This document shows, piece by piece, positions 9,601-19,655 of a stretch of 64,000 bases of DNA (the first letter of the stretch is position 1; every line of letters starts with the position of its first letter). Under the pieces are notes generated by a model. The model saw only the letters and a program-made list of their open reading frames with translations. It made no database searches and was not told the DNA's origin. Source of the DNA: Candidatus Falkowbacteria bacterium (GTDB taxonomy: Bacteria; Patescibacteriota; Patescibacteriia; CAIXNZ01); assembly GCA_963774955.1 (NCBI GenBank), contig CAVZGV010000004.1, positions 3,522 to 67,521 of the forward strand, written 5' to 3'. Both the position numbers and the translations under genes were made by a program.

Positions 9601-11437
9601 AATGGAGAAAAATTCTGGCGGTAGCGAACCCACCTCCAGTGCCCCCGCATCACACTTGGGTCCCTGCGGTCGTTGGCCTTGAATTTGGTCTTTGTTGGCA
9701 AGAAATAAGGGTTGCAGTACAGGGTCAATGCAATAATCATCCTCACCGAGATCGAGCGCAGGGCTGCCATTGCTCACCTTGATCGAGAGAAATTCGGCTT
9801 CGGGCATTTCGGTACGCCGTTGTTGGCAAGTCCTTCGAGCTTAACTTCGCCGATTTTTCACCAGCACATCTTTCAGGGTTAAATCGACGCCGTTATCAGC
9901 CAAAGCGCCGGGCAAGGTTCTTTGAAAATGTTGCCACCCCATGAACCAAGCCAGCCATAGCAGGGTGTATCCATGATGGAGTTTGCCATATAGACTGAGC
10001 CATTGCCGTTGTTGCTGACGCTTGAGCCGGGGTTATTGGCATTGGCACGCACGACGGTCGAATGCCAGATGTTGATCTCACCGCCCTGGTTGATGGCAGC
10101 ACTACCATTCATGACAAAGTTGTGACCATTTTCGACGCCGCCACCCGTAATTGCCAGATTTTCCGCCACTGTGCTGTTGACCAACCACAGCTTGCCACCC
10201 GTGCGATTCATAATTGCGCCGCCAAACTTCGCTTCGTTATCATGAAGTAGAAATATGACGAATAATCAGTGTGCTGTCGTTGAGAATGGCACCACCCAGG
10301 CGTGCCTGGTACGGGGCCATCAGTACGCGCCTTGTTGTCGCTGATCGCCACATCCAGCAGGCGCAGATCGCCCTGGTTGTAGATGGCACCACCGCCTTTG
10401 GAACGTTGGGTATAATTCTTGAAAATTTCGGTGCGTTCCAACTCCATGTAGCCGCTATTGTAGATGGCACCGCCACCGCTGCTATCATCGTTGAATTGAT
10501 ATTGTCCGGGCAGCTTGGCAGGAACAGTGGTTTGATAGACCCAGTTGTCGTGAAATTTACTGTCACGAATAACGGAATGGTCAGCTCGCTGCCTCCATGA
10601 CCGGCGTGTACGGCACCGCCATTGAGTTCGGCATGATTGTTGAAAAACTCGCAGCGATCCAGCAACACCTGCACACCGCCGCTGGAAATGGCGCCACCCG
10701 ATTGGCGGGCAGTATTCTCTTGAAATTTACTTTTGACACAGATAAACGAACCGACATCGATGCGCCACTGCACCGCCATCGCCATTGCCGGAGCCATTAT
10801 CCGCAATGTTTTGGAAAAATTCGACTTCGGTCACGCGTACAGAACCGCTGCCTTTGATCCAAATGGCACCGCCAAATGGGCGTCGTCCATGTTGCAGCTT
10901 CAACTTTTGCAGGATCAGTTCACCGCCGCCCACAATAAAAATACCCTCGGCACGATTATTCTTGCCATTTCCGTCAATTGTCAGCGCGCCATTGCCGTTG
11001 ATTGAAATCTTCTTGGTAATATTGGGCAATTGATCAGGGTTGCTGAGCAGATAGGTGCCAGGCAGCATGTTGATGGTGTATTCGCTGAAATTAGCAACAG
11101 AGACAGCCCCACAGCCTTGATTGCCTTGGGGATTGCCAGAGACAGTGGCTTGTAGTGCCTCTCGCAGCGAACATTTCGAGGATGCCTTGTATTGGTATGC
11201 CGTGCTCCACTCATCGACCAGCGTGTTCACGTTAATGGTAAATGAAGCATCCACCGCAGCAGCTTGCAGATCGCCAGCACCTTGCGCATCCGCCACGGGC
11301 TGCACGGCGATTGGTGCATCGACGAATGGGGTGTTCACTTCGTCCTGGGCGAAAGCTGGCATAATTGTGCCGGGAAAAATCAAAGAAAATAATAAAAGTG
11401 CGTTGACCATTCGTGACCACAAAAATCTCTTCCTCAT
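6658..11437 (-). pseudogene. Large (roughly 1600 aa) secreted adhesin-like protein with signal peptide, parallel beta-helix (GGAI repeats), 7-bladed beta-propeller-like and Ig/IPT-like domains, broken by many frameshifts
   Basis: Minus-strand ORF fragments from 10727..11437 (signal peptide MRKRFLWSRMVNALLLFSLIFPGTIMPAFA) down to 6658..7431 are collinear in different frames with domain-consistent content. Confidence 0.6.
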
Positions 11438-11855
11438 AAATCCATCCTTTCAAAAAGTTGCAATTCGGGACTGCTCAATCCTACGCTTCTTTGCCAAATG
11501 CCTTAATTGTGCGCATCACCATGTAACTGTGATGCACTGCACAAACATGAAATTGGCGTCATTTATGATCGCAGTGTAGCAAGCAAGACGCTATTGTTCA
11601 TCCATCGAAAGATGTATTGTGAGGTTTATCAACGTGGTTGGGGTAACGCAGGATTGCTTTCCTGCGCTTCGAATGAAGAAAGACCATTATGACAATAGCA
11701 CATTTAAAAGCAGAACCCGTAGGTCACATCTCTGGTGTGACTTTGTTGGTCTGCGACAAGTGTTCGTCAATCCACTATCGGTCAGACTGACTGCGTTACA
11801 AGACAATCAATGTCACGCCAGAGGCGATGACCTACGGATTTAGCTTTTTGTTGAA

Positions 11856-12702
11856 CTACACGTGGGTATGCACCAAGCGCTGTTGGGCATTTTTGCGAAG
11901 CGAGGTAATTGCCGGTCCAATCGAAAAGATCAGTGCTTGCAGGAGCACAATGCTGGCGCCAGAGGCAATATCGGCAAAGTAGCTAATATACATGCCAACA
12001 AGCCCGCTCAGCACGCCGAGTGTTACAGAATAGATGACCATCCGATTAAAACTATCGGTCAGCAGGCGCGCCGTAATGGCAGGCACCACCAACGCAGCCG
12101 CAATCAAGGTGACGCCAAGGATCTGCATCGAAGCAATCAATGCAGCCGCCAACACCAACGCAAAGAGTGTATCCATCCACTCAGTTTGCACACCATAGAC
12201 ATTGGCAACTTCGGCATCAAAGGTTGTAAAGAGAAGCTGTTTGTAGAAGATGAAAATCAAGATGGCCACCAACAATGCCACAACCGCAACCACCATGACA
12301 TCCTGCTTGGTGACGCCCAAAATGTTACCAAAGAGTGCCGCATCAAACGAACGGGTAAAACGCCGATACCGGCTGATCGTACGCCACGCCCATTGCAAAG
12401 CTGGCAGTGGTGATTACGCCGATAGCAGCATCGGCACCGATACGGGTACGGCGCACGGTTTGGTTGATAAGCACAGCGGAGACAAATCCCCACAAGCCAG
12501 CGCCAATGTAAAAATTCCATTCCATTACAAAGGAAACCACCGCACCCCCAAAGATGGCGTGTGACAGTCCATGTCCAATGTAGCTCATCCCGCGCAGCAC
12601 GATGTAGACGCCAAGTAAGCCGCAAAGGGCACCGCATAGAACAGCAGCAATAGTGCCATTGCGAAAAAATTCAAAAGCAAAAGGTTCAAGAAGATTGGGC
12701 AT
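11856..12702 (-). pseudogene. ABC-3 family metal (Zn/Mn) ABC transporter permease, frameshifted
   Basis: Two overlapping minus-strand ORFs (12343..12702 and 11856..12398) encode consecutive TM segments typical of ZnuB/MntB-type permeases. Confidence 0.6.
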
Positions 12703-12962
12703 AGGTTGAATGATGAGTTAAGAATTGCGAATTGCAATTGCGAGTTGAGAATTGAAATAATATCGACAGGGCGGTTGATTCACGTTGCGCAAGAACACCC
12801 AAACATATCTCTATCTCTCCCCTCCTGTAAGTATCAGGAGGAGGATCGTTACGGGACAGTGGAGGTCAACTTCATCTGTCCTGTGATGGCTCCCTCCCTG
12901 TTTTGGGGAGGGCTGGGGTGGGGTGTTTTTACGTAACATGATTTACTGATTCACTTACCCAC

Positions 12963-13623
12963 TCACTCCTTCAAGCCCACACGGGAATAGCCAAAGTCAC
13001 CCTCTTCAATTTCGTCCAAATGACCCAGGATGGGATTGGGCATAATATCGCGATAGCCATGATTATGGGGACGCTGCTGCACAAATATCATCTCATTTTG
13101 GCGGATCACAAGCATGTCACTTTGATAGGTCTCGTTGAGCGTTTCCTCTTCAAAAACCTGCTCTGGCGTGCCCTGCGCAATGACGCGTTTGTTGAGGCAG
13201 ATGACCCAGGGCAAATGATTGGCAGCAGCGTTGAGATCGTGCGTCGTCAGCAGAATCGTCATGCCCTGTTGGTTCAGGTCTGCCAGCAGGTGAAGAATAC
13301 TTTCGGCGGTACGCATATCAACACCCGAAGTTGGCTCATCCAGCACCAGCAGATCGGGGTCTCCGATGAGTGCCCGCGCCAGAAAGACACGCTGTTGCTG
13401 TCCACCCGAAAGATTGCGAATGTGACGCTGCGCCAGATCACCGATATCCAGCCGTTCGAGGATGCCAGCGACCAATGCTCGTTCTGCCCGTGTCGGGCCA
13501 GGGCAAGAACGTAGACTGGCGGATACGTCCCATCAGCACAACTTGCTCCACAGTTACTGGGAAGTTCCAATCGACAGTTTCCAATTGGGGGACATAGCCA
13601 ATATAGGGCTTCTTTCGTCCCAA
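12963..13623 (-). pseudogene. Metal ABC transporter ATP-binding protein (ZnuC/MntA-like), frameshifted and 5'-truncated (Walker A missing)
   Basis: LSGGQQQRVFLARAL signature, LLVLDEPTSGVD Walker B and H-loop in 12963..13475. IGYVPQ segment is in another frame (13438..13623). The ORF stops abruptly where base composition changes. Confidence 0.6.
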
Positions 13624-13631
13624 TTTTTGGC

Positions 13632-13925
13632 TTGTGTCCTGAGGGCAATTTCACTATCGACCTGATCGACTTTACTATTGCCGATGAATCTTTCCCTGGT
13701 GATCCAAAAAAAAACTTTCACCAAAAAACCCTAGCCTACTTCTTTTATCATGAAAGGTATCCTGAGAAATACAAAGAAGAAGGGCTGATTCTGGAAGCAC
13801 AAGACTGCGGGGACTGGGGCTGGTCTCTGACCATGTCGCCCGGAAAGATCATTGACATGGAGGTAAAATATGATCCGCAGGATCTTAGCCAGGTGAAAAA
13901 AATAATTGCAAACCTGATCAACTAA
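13632..13925 (+). CDS. Hypothetical protein
   Basis: 97-aa ORF followed by an intrinsic terminator, in intermediate-GC sequence. Confidence 0.4.
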   Translation: MCPEGNFTIDLIDFTIADESFPGDPKKNFHQKTLAYFFYHERYPEKYKEEGLILEAQDCGDWGWSLTMSPGKIIDMEVKYDPQDLSQVKKIIANLIN

Positions 13926-13939
13926 TCATTCCAGCAAGA

Positions 13940-13966
13940 GAGCCAGGACACCCCTGGCTCTTTTTT
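13940..13966 (+). terminator. Rho-independent terminator
   Basis: gagccagg-acacc-cctggctc followed by tttttt. Confidence 0.7.
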
Positions 13967-14044
13967 AAATAAAAAGAAAACCGCCTTTGCAGACGGTTTA
14001 TAACTTGAAAGTGTTATTGTTACCATTTACCTAAAAAGGATAAA

Positions 14045-14135
14045 TGGCGGAAGGGGTGGGATTCGAACCCACGCGCCATTGCTGGCCTAACGACTTAGCA
14101 AGCCGCCCTCTTAAGCCTAACTTGAGTACCCTTCC
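14045..14135 (-). tRNA. tRNA-Ser (anticodon GCT), with CCA encoded
   Basis: Reverse complement folds as a tRNA with long variable arm, anticodon loop TTGCTAA, T-loop GGTTCGAATCC. Confidence 0.85.
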
Positions 14136-14148
14136 TTAAAAAGAACAA

Positions 14149-14270
14149 TGGCGGAGAGGGAGGGATTTGTCCGCCAAAGGCGGATCCGCCCTTGGGGGAA
14201 ACCCCCGACCCCTTTTACAGGACTCCTGTTTTCAAGACAGGCGCCTTAAGCCGCTCGGCCACCTCTCCGC
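14149..14270 (-). tRNA. tRNA-Ser(TGA)-like gene of aberrant length (about 122 nt) with extra palindromic sequence between variable arm and T arm
   Basis: Acceptor GCGGAGA/TCTCCGC, D-arm TGGCCGAGCGG, anticodon stem-loop CCTGT-CTTGAAA-ACAGG. It lacks a canonical GTTCGAATC T-loop and contains GGCGGATCCGCC and GGGGGTTTCCCCC palindromes. Confidence 0.5.
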
Positions 14271-14287
14271 AAAAATATTTTATTTAA

Positions 14288-14363
14288 TGGTGGAGCGGAC
14301 GGGGATCGAACCCGCAACAACTGGCTTGCAGGGCCAGTGCTCTCCCAATTGAGCTACCACCCC
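14288..14363 (-). tRNA. tRNA-Ala (anticodon TGC)
   Basis: Anticodon arm CTGGC-CCTGCAA-GCCAG, G3:U70 pair, T-loop GGGTTCGATCCCC, CCA encoded. Confidence 0.85.
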
Positions 14364-14381
14364 ACCGGAAAAAATAAGTGT

Positions 14382-14457
14382 GGACGCACGGAAGGGATTT
14401 GAACCCCTGATCATGGATTTGCAATCCACAGCCTTACCACTTGGCTACCGTGCGCCA
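14382..14457 (-). tRNA. tRNA-Cys (anticodon GCA)
   Basis: Anticodon stem-loop GTGGA-TTGCAAA-TCCAT, T-loop GGTTCAAATCC. Confidence 0.8.
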
Positions 14458-14803
14458 TAGTACCTGACAATTTAGCATATTTAAACATAATTGTCAATAA
14501 TTATTGTAAATAAAACCGCCACTTGCGTAGCGGTTGATTTTTTGGCGGGGCGGGAAAGCGCGAAGCTCTCAGCCAGTTGGCTGGACTGACCAATGGCATG
14601 ACCGCCCCAAACTTAATTTACTTTGTTCGTCTGATTAGACTTTTCTTTTTCCTTTTTTATTTTATAACTCCTGCAAGTAGTAAAATCACCCTTGCAGATT
14701 TCAACCTGAGTAGCTTTAACCACTAAGGGCAAAGATAATTCAGTTGCCATACATGAAACTACCTGAGTTACGATTGCATATGGGCAAGCCATAAATCACC
14801 CAC

Positions 14804-15115
14804 CTAGCCGTAAAGGATCTTATTAGGCACTTCAGAATGATAAAGGACTGTCACACTGGCTGAATTCGGCCTTTTTTCGTTTTCCTTAACAGCAGCTGCA
14901 TCAGCTTCACGCTTAGTGTCATAACAAGCATTGCCACCGATGGTCACAACGACATGCTGCCGAAGAAAAGCCTTTCCCCGAGGATTCTTTTCCTTAATCT
15001 GCTTTTCCAGCTCTTTGGCCTGCGCCAGAGTGTCCAGATCCTGAAAAGTCCAACCTCCAGGAACCTCGGCAGCTTGATAAATTAACCGATATTCTCCTGC
15101 TTTCTCATTTGACAT
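14804..15115 (-). CDS. Hypothetical protein
   Basis: 103-aa ORF with AGGAG-like RBS. Confidence 0.4.
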   Translation of the reverse strand: MSNEKAGEYRLIYQAAEVPGGWTFQDLDTLAQAKELEKQIKEKNPRGKAFLRQHVVVTIGGNACYDTKREADAAAVKENEKRPNSASVTVLYHSEVPNKILYG

Positions 15116-15343
15116 TAAATCCTCCTTTTGGCTTGAACAGACTCAAGTCTTTTATCTATTCGATTATCTCATTTTACCTAATTTTGAAATAAAGTCAAGC
15201 CCCTTGGCATTTGGAAAAATTCAGCGGATATTATATAATATATAAAGGGAGTAACTCCTTATTTTTATTGTTACAAATCTACAAATTGGCTACGGATCAA
15301 CAAATATTTATCCAGACACCAATTAGTAGATTAGTAAACATCT

Positions 15344-18031
15344 ATGTTTTTAGAGAAACTCGAAATCCAAGGTTTCAAGTCTTTTGCGCAAAAGACTGTT
15401 TTAGAATTTCCCAACCGGGTCAATAGCCACATGGGTATTACCTGTGTGGTCGGGCCTAATGGTTCAGGCAAATCCAACGTGGCTGACGCCATTCGCTGGG
15501 TTTTGGGCGAACAATCAATTAAAACCCTGCGCGGCAAAAAAAGCCAGGATGTGATTTTTTCCGGTTCGGATAAGAAATCTCGTTTAGGGTTTGCTGAAGT
15601 TACCATGTATTTGAATAATGAGGATAAATCAGCTGACATTGACTATACTGAATTAGCCATTACTCGACGCGTCTACCAAACTGGCGAAGGTGAATATTTT
15701 ATCAATAAGAACAAAGCTCGTTTAACCGATATTCAGCTACTTTTAGCTAAAGGCGGGTTTGGCCAAAGAACCTATTCAATCATTGGACAGGGCATGGCTG
15801 ATTCTGTTTTGTCCGCGTCTTTAGCAGAACGAAAAGAACTTTTTGACGAAGCAGTCGGGGTTAAACAATTTCAGATAAAACGAGAGCAAGCCCTGAATAA
15901 ATTCAAAGCAACCATGGAAAACCTGGCCCAGACAGAATTAACTTTACAGGAATTGGAACCGCGCTTAAAATCATTAACCAGGCAGGTGAAAAAATTGGAA
16001 AAACGAGAAGAAGTCGAAAAGGACTTAAAAGTCCTGCAATTTGACTATTTTTCCCAAAACTTACAGACATTTAATAGGAACATTGCCAGCGTTACCAGTC
16101 AAAAATCAGAGCTGGAAAAAGTATATGCCAATCTGACCAAAGAAATAAGGGAAATTCAGGATAAAATCAATGAATTTTCAGGGGAAAGTTCCCGCCAAAA
16201 TATTTTTGAAAAATTACAGGCTGATTATAATACCTTAATTCAGAAAAAAAACAGTTTGTTACGCGACCAGACCCTGATTAAAGCAAAACTGGATGTGCAC
16301 ATGGAAAAGCAAGGTCAAACTAATATTGTCTGGCTGACGAAAAAGCTTGAAGAAATTAATAGCCAGCAATCAGGGCTAAAACAACAAATTTCCGACACCC
16401 AGGATTTACTCAACAAGGAAAAGATAACCTTACAATCAAAGAACAATACCTTAGCTGCTTTAAACCAAAGAATCGAACGGGTCAAAGAAGAACTCAACCA
16501 AATACAAAAGACTGCTCAAGTTCCGTTTCAGGCTGAAAAAGAGTTAGAAATAATTTTCAACCAACAGCAAGAGCTGGTAAAAAAACTTTTAGCCGTTGAA
16601 AAGCTCGAAGATCTGGCTGCGATAAAAACTCTGGCCAGAGAAATTTCCCAAAAGCTTTCTATCTATCTGGAAAAATCCAAGGACAACAAACAACAAGGGA
16701 CAGACAATCTGCTTAGTTTACAAGCTCAGTTAGAATCATTGGTTACTCAAAAAAATGAGTTGAACCAGGAAATTTCGCAGACAAATGTTAACATCCAGCT
16801 GAAAAATGAGAAATTGCATAGCCTAGAAGCTGAGATAACAAAATTCAAAAATGAGCAAACTAAAATCAGCCAGGAAATCAGCCTAACCCAGCTTAGCCCG
16901 GATGATAAAAAGTTTACCGAACAGGTCATGGCTGAAATAAAAAATATTCAGGATCAAATCGACACTTTGGATCTAAGCGTTAAAGATAGTGAATTAAAAA
17001 TCAGCCAATTTAATTTGGAAGAACAAAATAAAAAAGAACATTTGATTGCCTTACAAAAAGACTCACAAGAAAAACAAGCGCAAAGCAACCAATTCAATCA
17101 GAAAATCAATGATCTTAATATTGACCTGGCCAAATATTCCACCAAAAAAGAAGACCTGGAAACGGAAATCAGACAGGAAAATTTAGATCTGACTGAAATT
17201 CAAAAATTTCAGTCAAGCACCGAACTCGGAGCTGATACTTATCAGCGCATTCAGCAATTAAAACGTCAGCTGGAAATTATCGGCAGTATGGATGAAGAAA
17301 CTCAAAAAGAATATGATGAAATCAATGAGCGTTATAATTTCTTAAAGGAACAATCAGACGATCTAAGAAACGCCATTACTTCCCTGCAAACTGTAATTGA
17401 AGAATTGGATAAAACTATTCGGGAACAATTTGATCATGCTTTCAAAGAAATCAATAAGGAATTCCAAAAATATTTCAAAGTCTTATTTAATGGCGGACAA
17501 TCAGAACTGGTTAAGGTAAGTTCCGAAGAGATTAAAAAAGATGAGAAAGAAGAAAAAGAAGGGCAAGAAGGGAAAGAAGGGCTTGAACTAGAAGAAGAGA
17601 CCGGTGTTTTGGCCCAGGCGGAAAAATTTGCCAAGGCCATGAAACAGAGGGAGAAAGAAAGCTATGCCGGTATTGAAATCAGGGCTGTACCTCCGGGCAA
17701 AAAAATCAAAACGATCAGCATGCTTTCCGGCGGTGAAAGAGCTTTAACTTCCATTGCTTTGATCTGCGCCATTATTTCCAATAACCCTTCCCCGTTTATT
17801 GTTCTGGATGAAGTTGACGCTCCGCTGGATGAAGCCAATTCTGAAAGATTTGACGCTATTTTAACGGAACTGGCCAACAAAACCCAATTTATAGTCATTA
17901 CTCATAACCGCGTCACTATGCATTATGCTGATGTCTTATACGGTGTAACCATGGGTGACGACGGTATTTCCAAATTACTCTCAGTCAAACTGGCTGATGC
18001 AGAAGATATGGTTGGTAGAGCAAGAGGCTAA
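15344..18031 (+). CDS. smc: SMC-family chromosome segregation ATPase (short form, 895 aa)
   Basis: N-terminal MFLEKLEIQGFKSF...GPNGSGKSN (Walker A), long coiled-coil, C-terminal LSGGERALTSIALICAI signature and FIVLDEVDAPLD Walker B. Confidence 0.8.
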   Translation: MFLEKLEIQGFKSFAQKTVLEFPNRVNSHMGITCVVGPNGSGKSNVADAIRWVLGEQSIKTLRGKKSQDVIFSGSDKKSRLGFAEVTMYLNNEDKSADIDYTELAITRRVYQTGEGEYFINKNKARLTDIQLLLAKGGFGQRTYSIIGQGMADSVLSASLAERKELFDEAVGVKQFQIKREQALNKFKATMENLAQTELTLQELEPRLKSLTRQVKKLEKREEVEKDLKVLQFDYFSQNLQTFNRNIASVTSQKSELEKVYANLTKEIREIQDKINEFSGESSRQNIFEKLQADYNTLIQKKNSLLRDQTLIKAKLDVHMEKQGQTNIVWLTKKLEEINSQQSGLKQQISDTQDLLNKEKITLQSKNNTLAALNQRIERVKEELNQIQKTAQVPFQAEKELEIIFNQQQELVKKLLAVEKLEDLAAIKTLAREISQKLSIYLEKSKDNKQQGTDNLLSLQAQLESLVTQKNELNQEISQTNVNIQLKNEKLHSLEAEITKFKNEQTKISQEISLTQLSPDDKKFTEQVMAEIKNIQDQIDTLDLSVKDSELKISQFNLEEQNKKEHLIALQKDSQEKQAQSNQFNQKINDLNIDLAKYSTKKEDLETEIRQENLDLTEIQKFQSSTELGADTYQRIQQLKRQLEIIGSMDEETQKEYDEINERYNFLKEQSDDLRNAITSLQTVIEELDKTIREQFDHAFKEINKEFQKYFKVLFNGGQSELVKVSSEEIKKDEKEEKEGQEGKEGLELEEETGVLAQAEKFAKAMKQREKESYAGIEIRAVPPGKKIKTISMLSGGERALTSIALICAIISNNPSPFIVLDEVDAPLDEANSERFDAILTELANKTQFIVITHNRVTMHYADVLYGVTMGDDGISKLLSVKLADAEDMVGRARG

Positions 18032-18141
18032 ACATATATGAATAATCAAAAAGGCCCTGCAACCCAGGGTCTTTTTGATATTGACAAAAATTATATAAAC
18101 TGATATTATATAATATCGTCTAAACTGATGCGGAGGTAAAA

Positions 18142-18699
18142 ATGTCAGCCAAGAAAAAAGATGATCCTAGTAATGATCCGCAATATGAAATCCTTTTGGA
18201 TTTGGCGGATGGGGTCAAACTAAAAATCCATCTGTTTAACCGTTTTGAACAGCGCTGGATTTTCACTTTCAATTATCTCAAAAAGCTCGAGGGAGAAAGA
18301 CAGCCGCAGGTAGTCAATGAACTGCGCCTGGTGATAGATTATAACCACGGCGTAGCCACGGTCTGTTCGCTGTCCATGAACATCATTATTCCGAAAAGAT
18401 TAGGCCAACATTTTCTTTACGGCATGGATGTCTCACCGGGCGCCAAAACCTTTCTGCAGTTTATCTATGAAAAAGTGGAGGCTGCTGATCAGCAATATTT
18501 TCAGCTGGTCGCGATTGAAAAAGGGGCGACGCAAAAAATCGACCTTAAAACCCTGGCTCCCGGCCTGATGAAGCCCATTGAATTTCCCTTCCCAATCCTA
18601 GATAGAATCATGCTGCGGGGAAATATTTTCCAGGTGCCTTTCCTGGGTTACAATGACCAGGATAATGATTTCGAGTTTCCAAATGCGATCACCAAATAG
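18142..18699 (+). CDS. Hypothetical protein
   Basis: 185-aa ORF, RBS ggaggt upstream. Confidence 0.4.
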   Translation: MSAKKKDDPSNDPQYEILLDLADGVKLKIHLFNRFEQRWIFTFNYLKKLEGERQPQVVNELRLVIDYNHGVATVCSLSMNIIIPKRLGQHFLYGMDVSPGAKTFLQFIYEKVEAADQQYFQLVAIEKGATQKIDLKTLAPGLMKPIEFPFPILDRIMLRGNIFQVPFLGYNDQDNDFEFPNAITK

Positions 18700-18712
18700 C
18701 AAAGGAGAAAAA

Positions 18713-18907
18713 ATGGCCAGGAAAAAAATGACCCCGGGACAGGCTGCGGCTGCCGCAGCTAAAATGGAACAGACCACCGACAAGCTGCTCAATGGACCTT
18801 GTCCTGAGTGCAAAGGCACAGGCAAAACCCGCGGCAGCAAATGCAAACTCTGCGGTGGCTCGGGCAAGAAACAGACCATCAAGGTCCACCCGATCAAACC
18901 CCGTTGA
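18713..18907 (+). CDS. Small zinc-ribbon protein (CPEC...CKLC)
   Basis: RBS aaaggagaaaaa. Two CxxC pairs. Terminator follows. Confidence 0.4.
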   Translation: MARKKMTPGQAAAAAAKMEQTTDKLLNGPCPECKGTGKTRGSKCKLCGGSGKKQTIKVHPIKPR

Positions 18908-18920
18908 AAAAACCTGAACA

Positions 18921-18955
18921 ATCCGTCCCGTACGCGGGACGGATTTTATTTTTAT
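18921..18955 (+). terminator. Rho-independent terminator
   Basis: atccgtcccg-tacg-cgggacggat followed by ttttattttt. Confidence 0.8.
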
Positions 18956-19019
18956 ACAAAATTAATAATGCGTTTGTCTTGACATAAAGTTCGAATTTTG
19001 ATAGCGTTGGAAATATCAA

Positions 19020-19640
19020 TGAGGACGAACTTCCGGATGTCTTTATAGACGAAAATCGGCTTGTCCTCAAAATTTTTGGCGAGACGACATTGGGACTGTT
19101 TAGCTAACGTGCAGATGTGTGTCTCGCCCCTTTTTCTTTGCCGCTGGCTTTGAGCTTAGGGCTCTGGGCTAAGAGCTTCAGAGCAAAGGGGACGACGAGG
19201 TTGTTGATTTATTAAATTTAATAATGACCTGTCCCCTAAAAATTTTGCAGACGAGCAGTCAGTTGTTGTTTGAAAACAACGAGAAGAAGGTTGTCCGCAA
19301 AATTGGGTGAGACGCTAGAAATGGTGCTATATCATAGCGTCGTAGAAGTTGTCTCACCCTACTTTAAAATTTAGTGATTGGTGAATTGGTTAAGAAGTTA
19401 GTTTAGTGAAATGTGTTTGGTGAAAGTTAATACACTCAACACCATGGCCCAAACTAACCTCCTTACCTTTCCACTATTCACAAAAGCAATATTTTGCGGA
19501 CGAAGAAGTTCCTGTCTTAATTAAGACGTTTTGGGGCTTGTCCGTAAAAAAAACAGGGTAAGACGAGTGCGGCTCTGTTTCTAAACTTACAAAGACATGT
19601 CTTACCCAAAAAAAACCCCACGCAAAAGCGAGGGGATTTT
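19020..19640 (-). repeat. Inverted-orientation copy (about 2.5 units) of the A/B/C/D hairpin-box array family
   Basis: Reverse complements of boxes are readable in order: tgtcctcaaaatttttggcgagacga (A), tgtctcgcccctttttctttg (D), caaaggggacgacga (C), tgtcccctaaaaattttgcagacga (B), plus the long variant sub-element. Confidence 0.8.
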
Positions 19641-19655
19641 TATTTGCTGAAAATT

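Noticed and set aside
6994-11579. Numerous plus-strand ORFs (e.g. 7013..7408, 7771..8151, 8788..9186, 10271..10600, 11121..11579) across the giant minus-strand gene
   Set aside because: Antisense to a domain-coherent, albeit frameshifted, gene. High-GC shadow ORFs.
12250-13654. Plus-strand ORFs (12250..12564, 13020..13514, 13370..13597, 13462..13665) antisense to the ABC transporter genes
   Set aside because: These are shadow ORFs typical of high-GC DNA. The sense strand carries clear ABC ATPase and permease motifs.
14167-14352. ORF 14167..14352 (+)
   Set aside because: It lies entirely across two tRNA genes on the opposite strand and is spurious.
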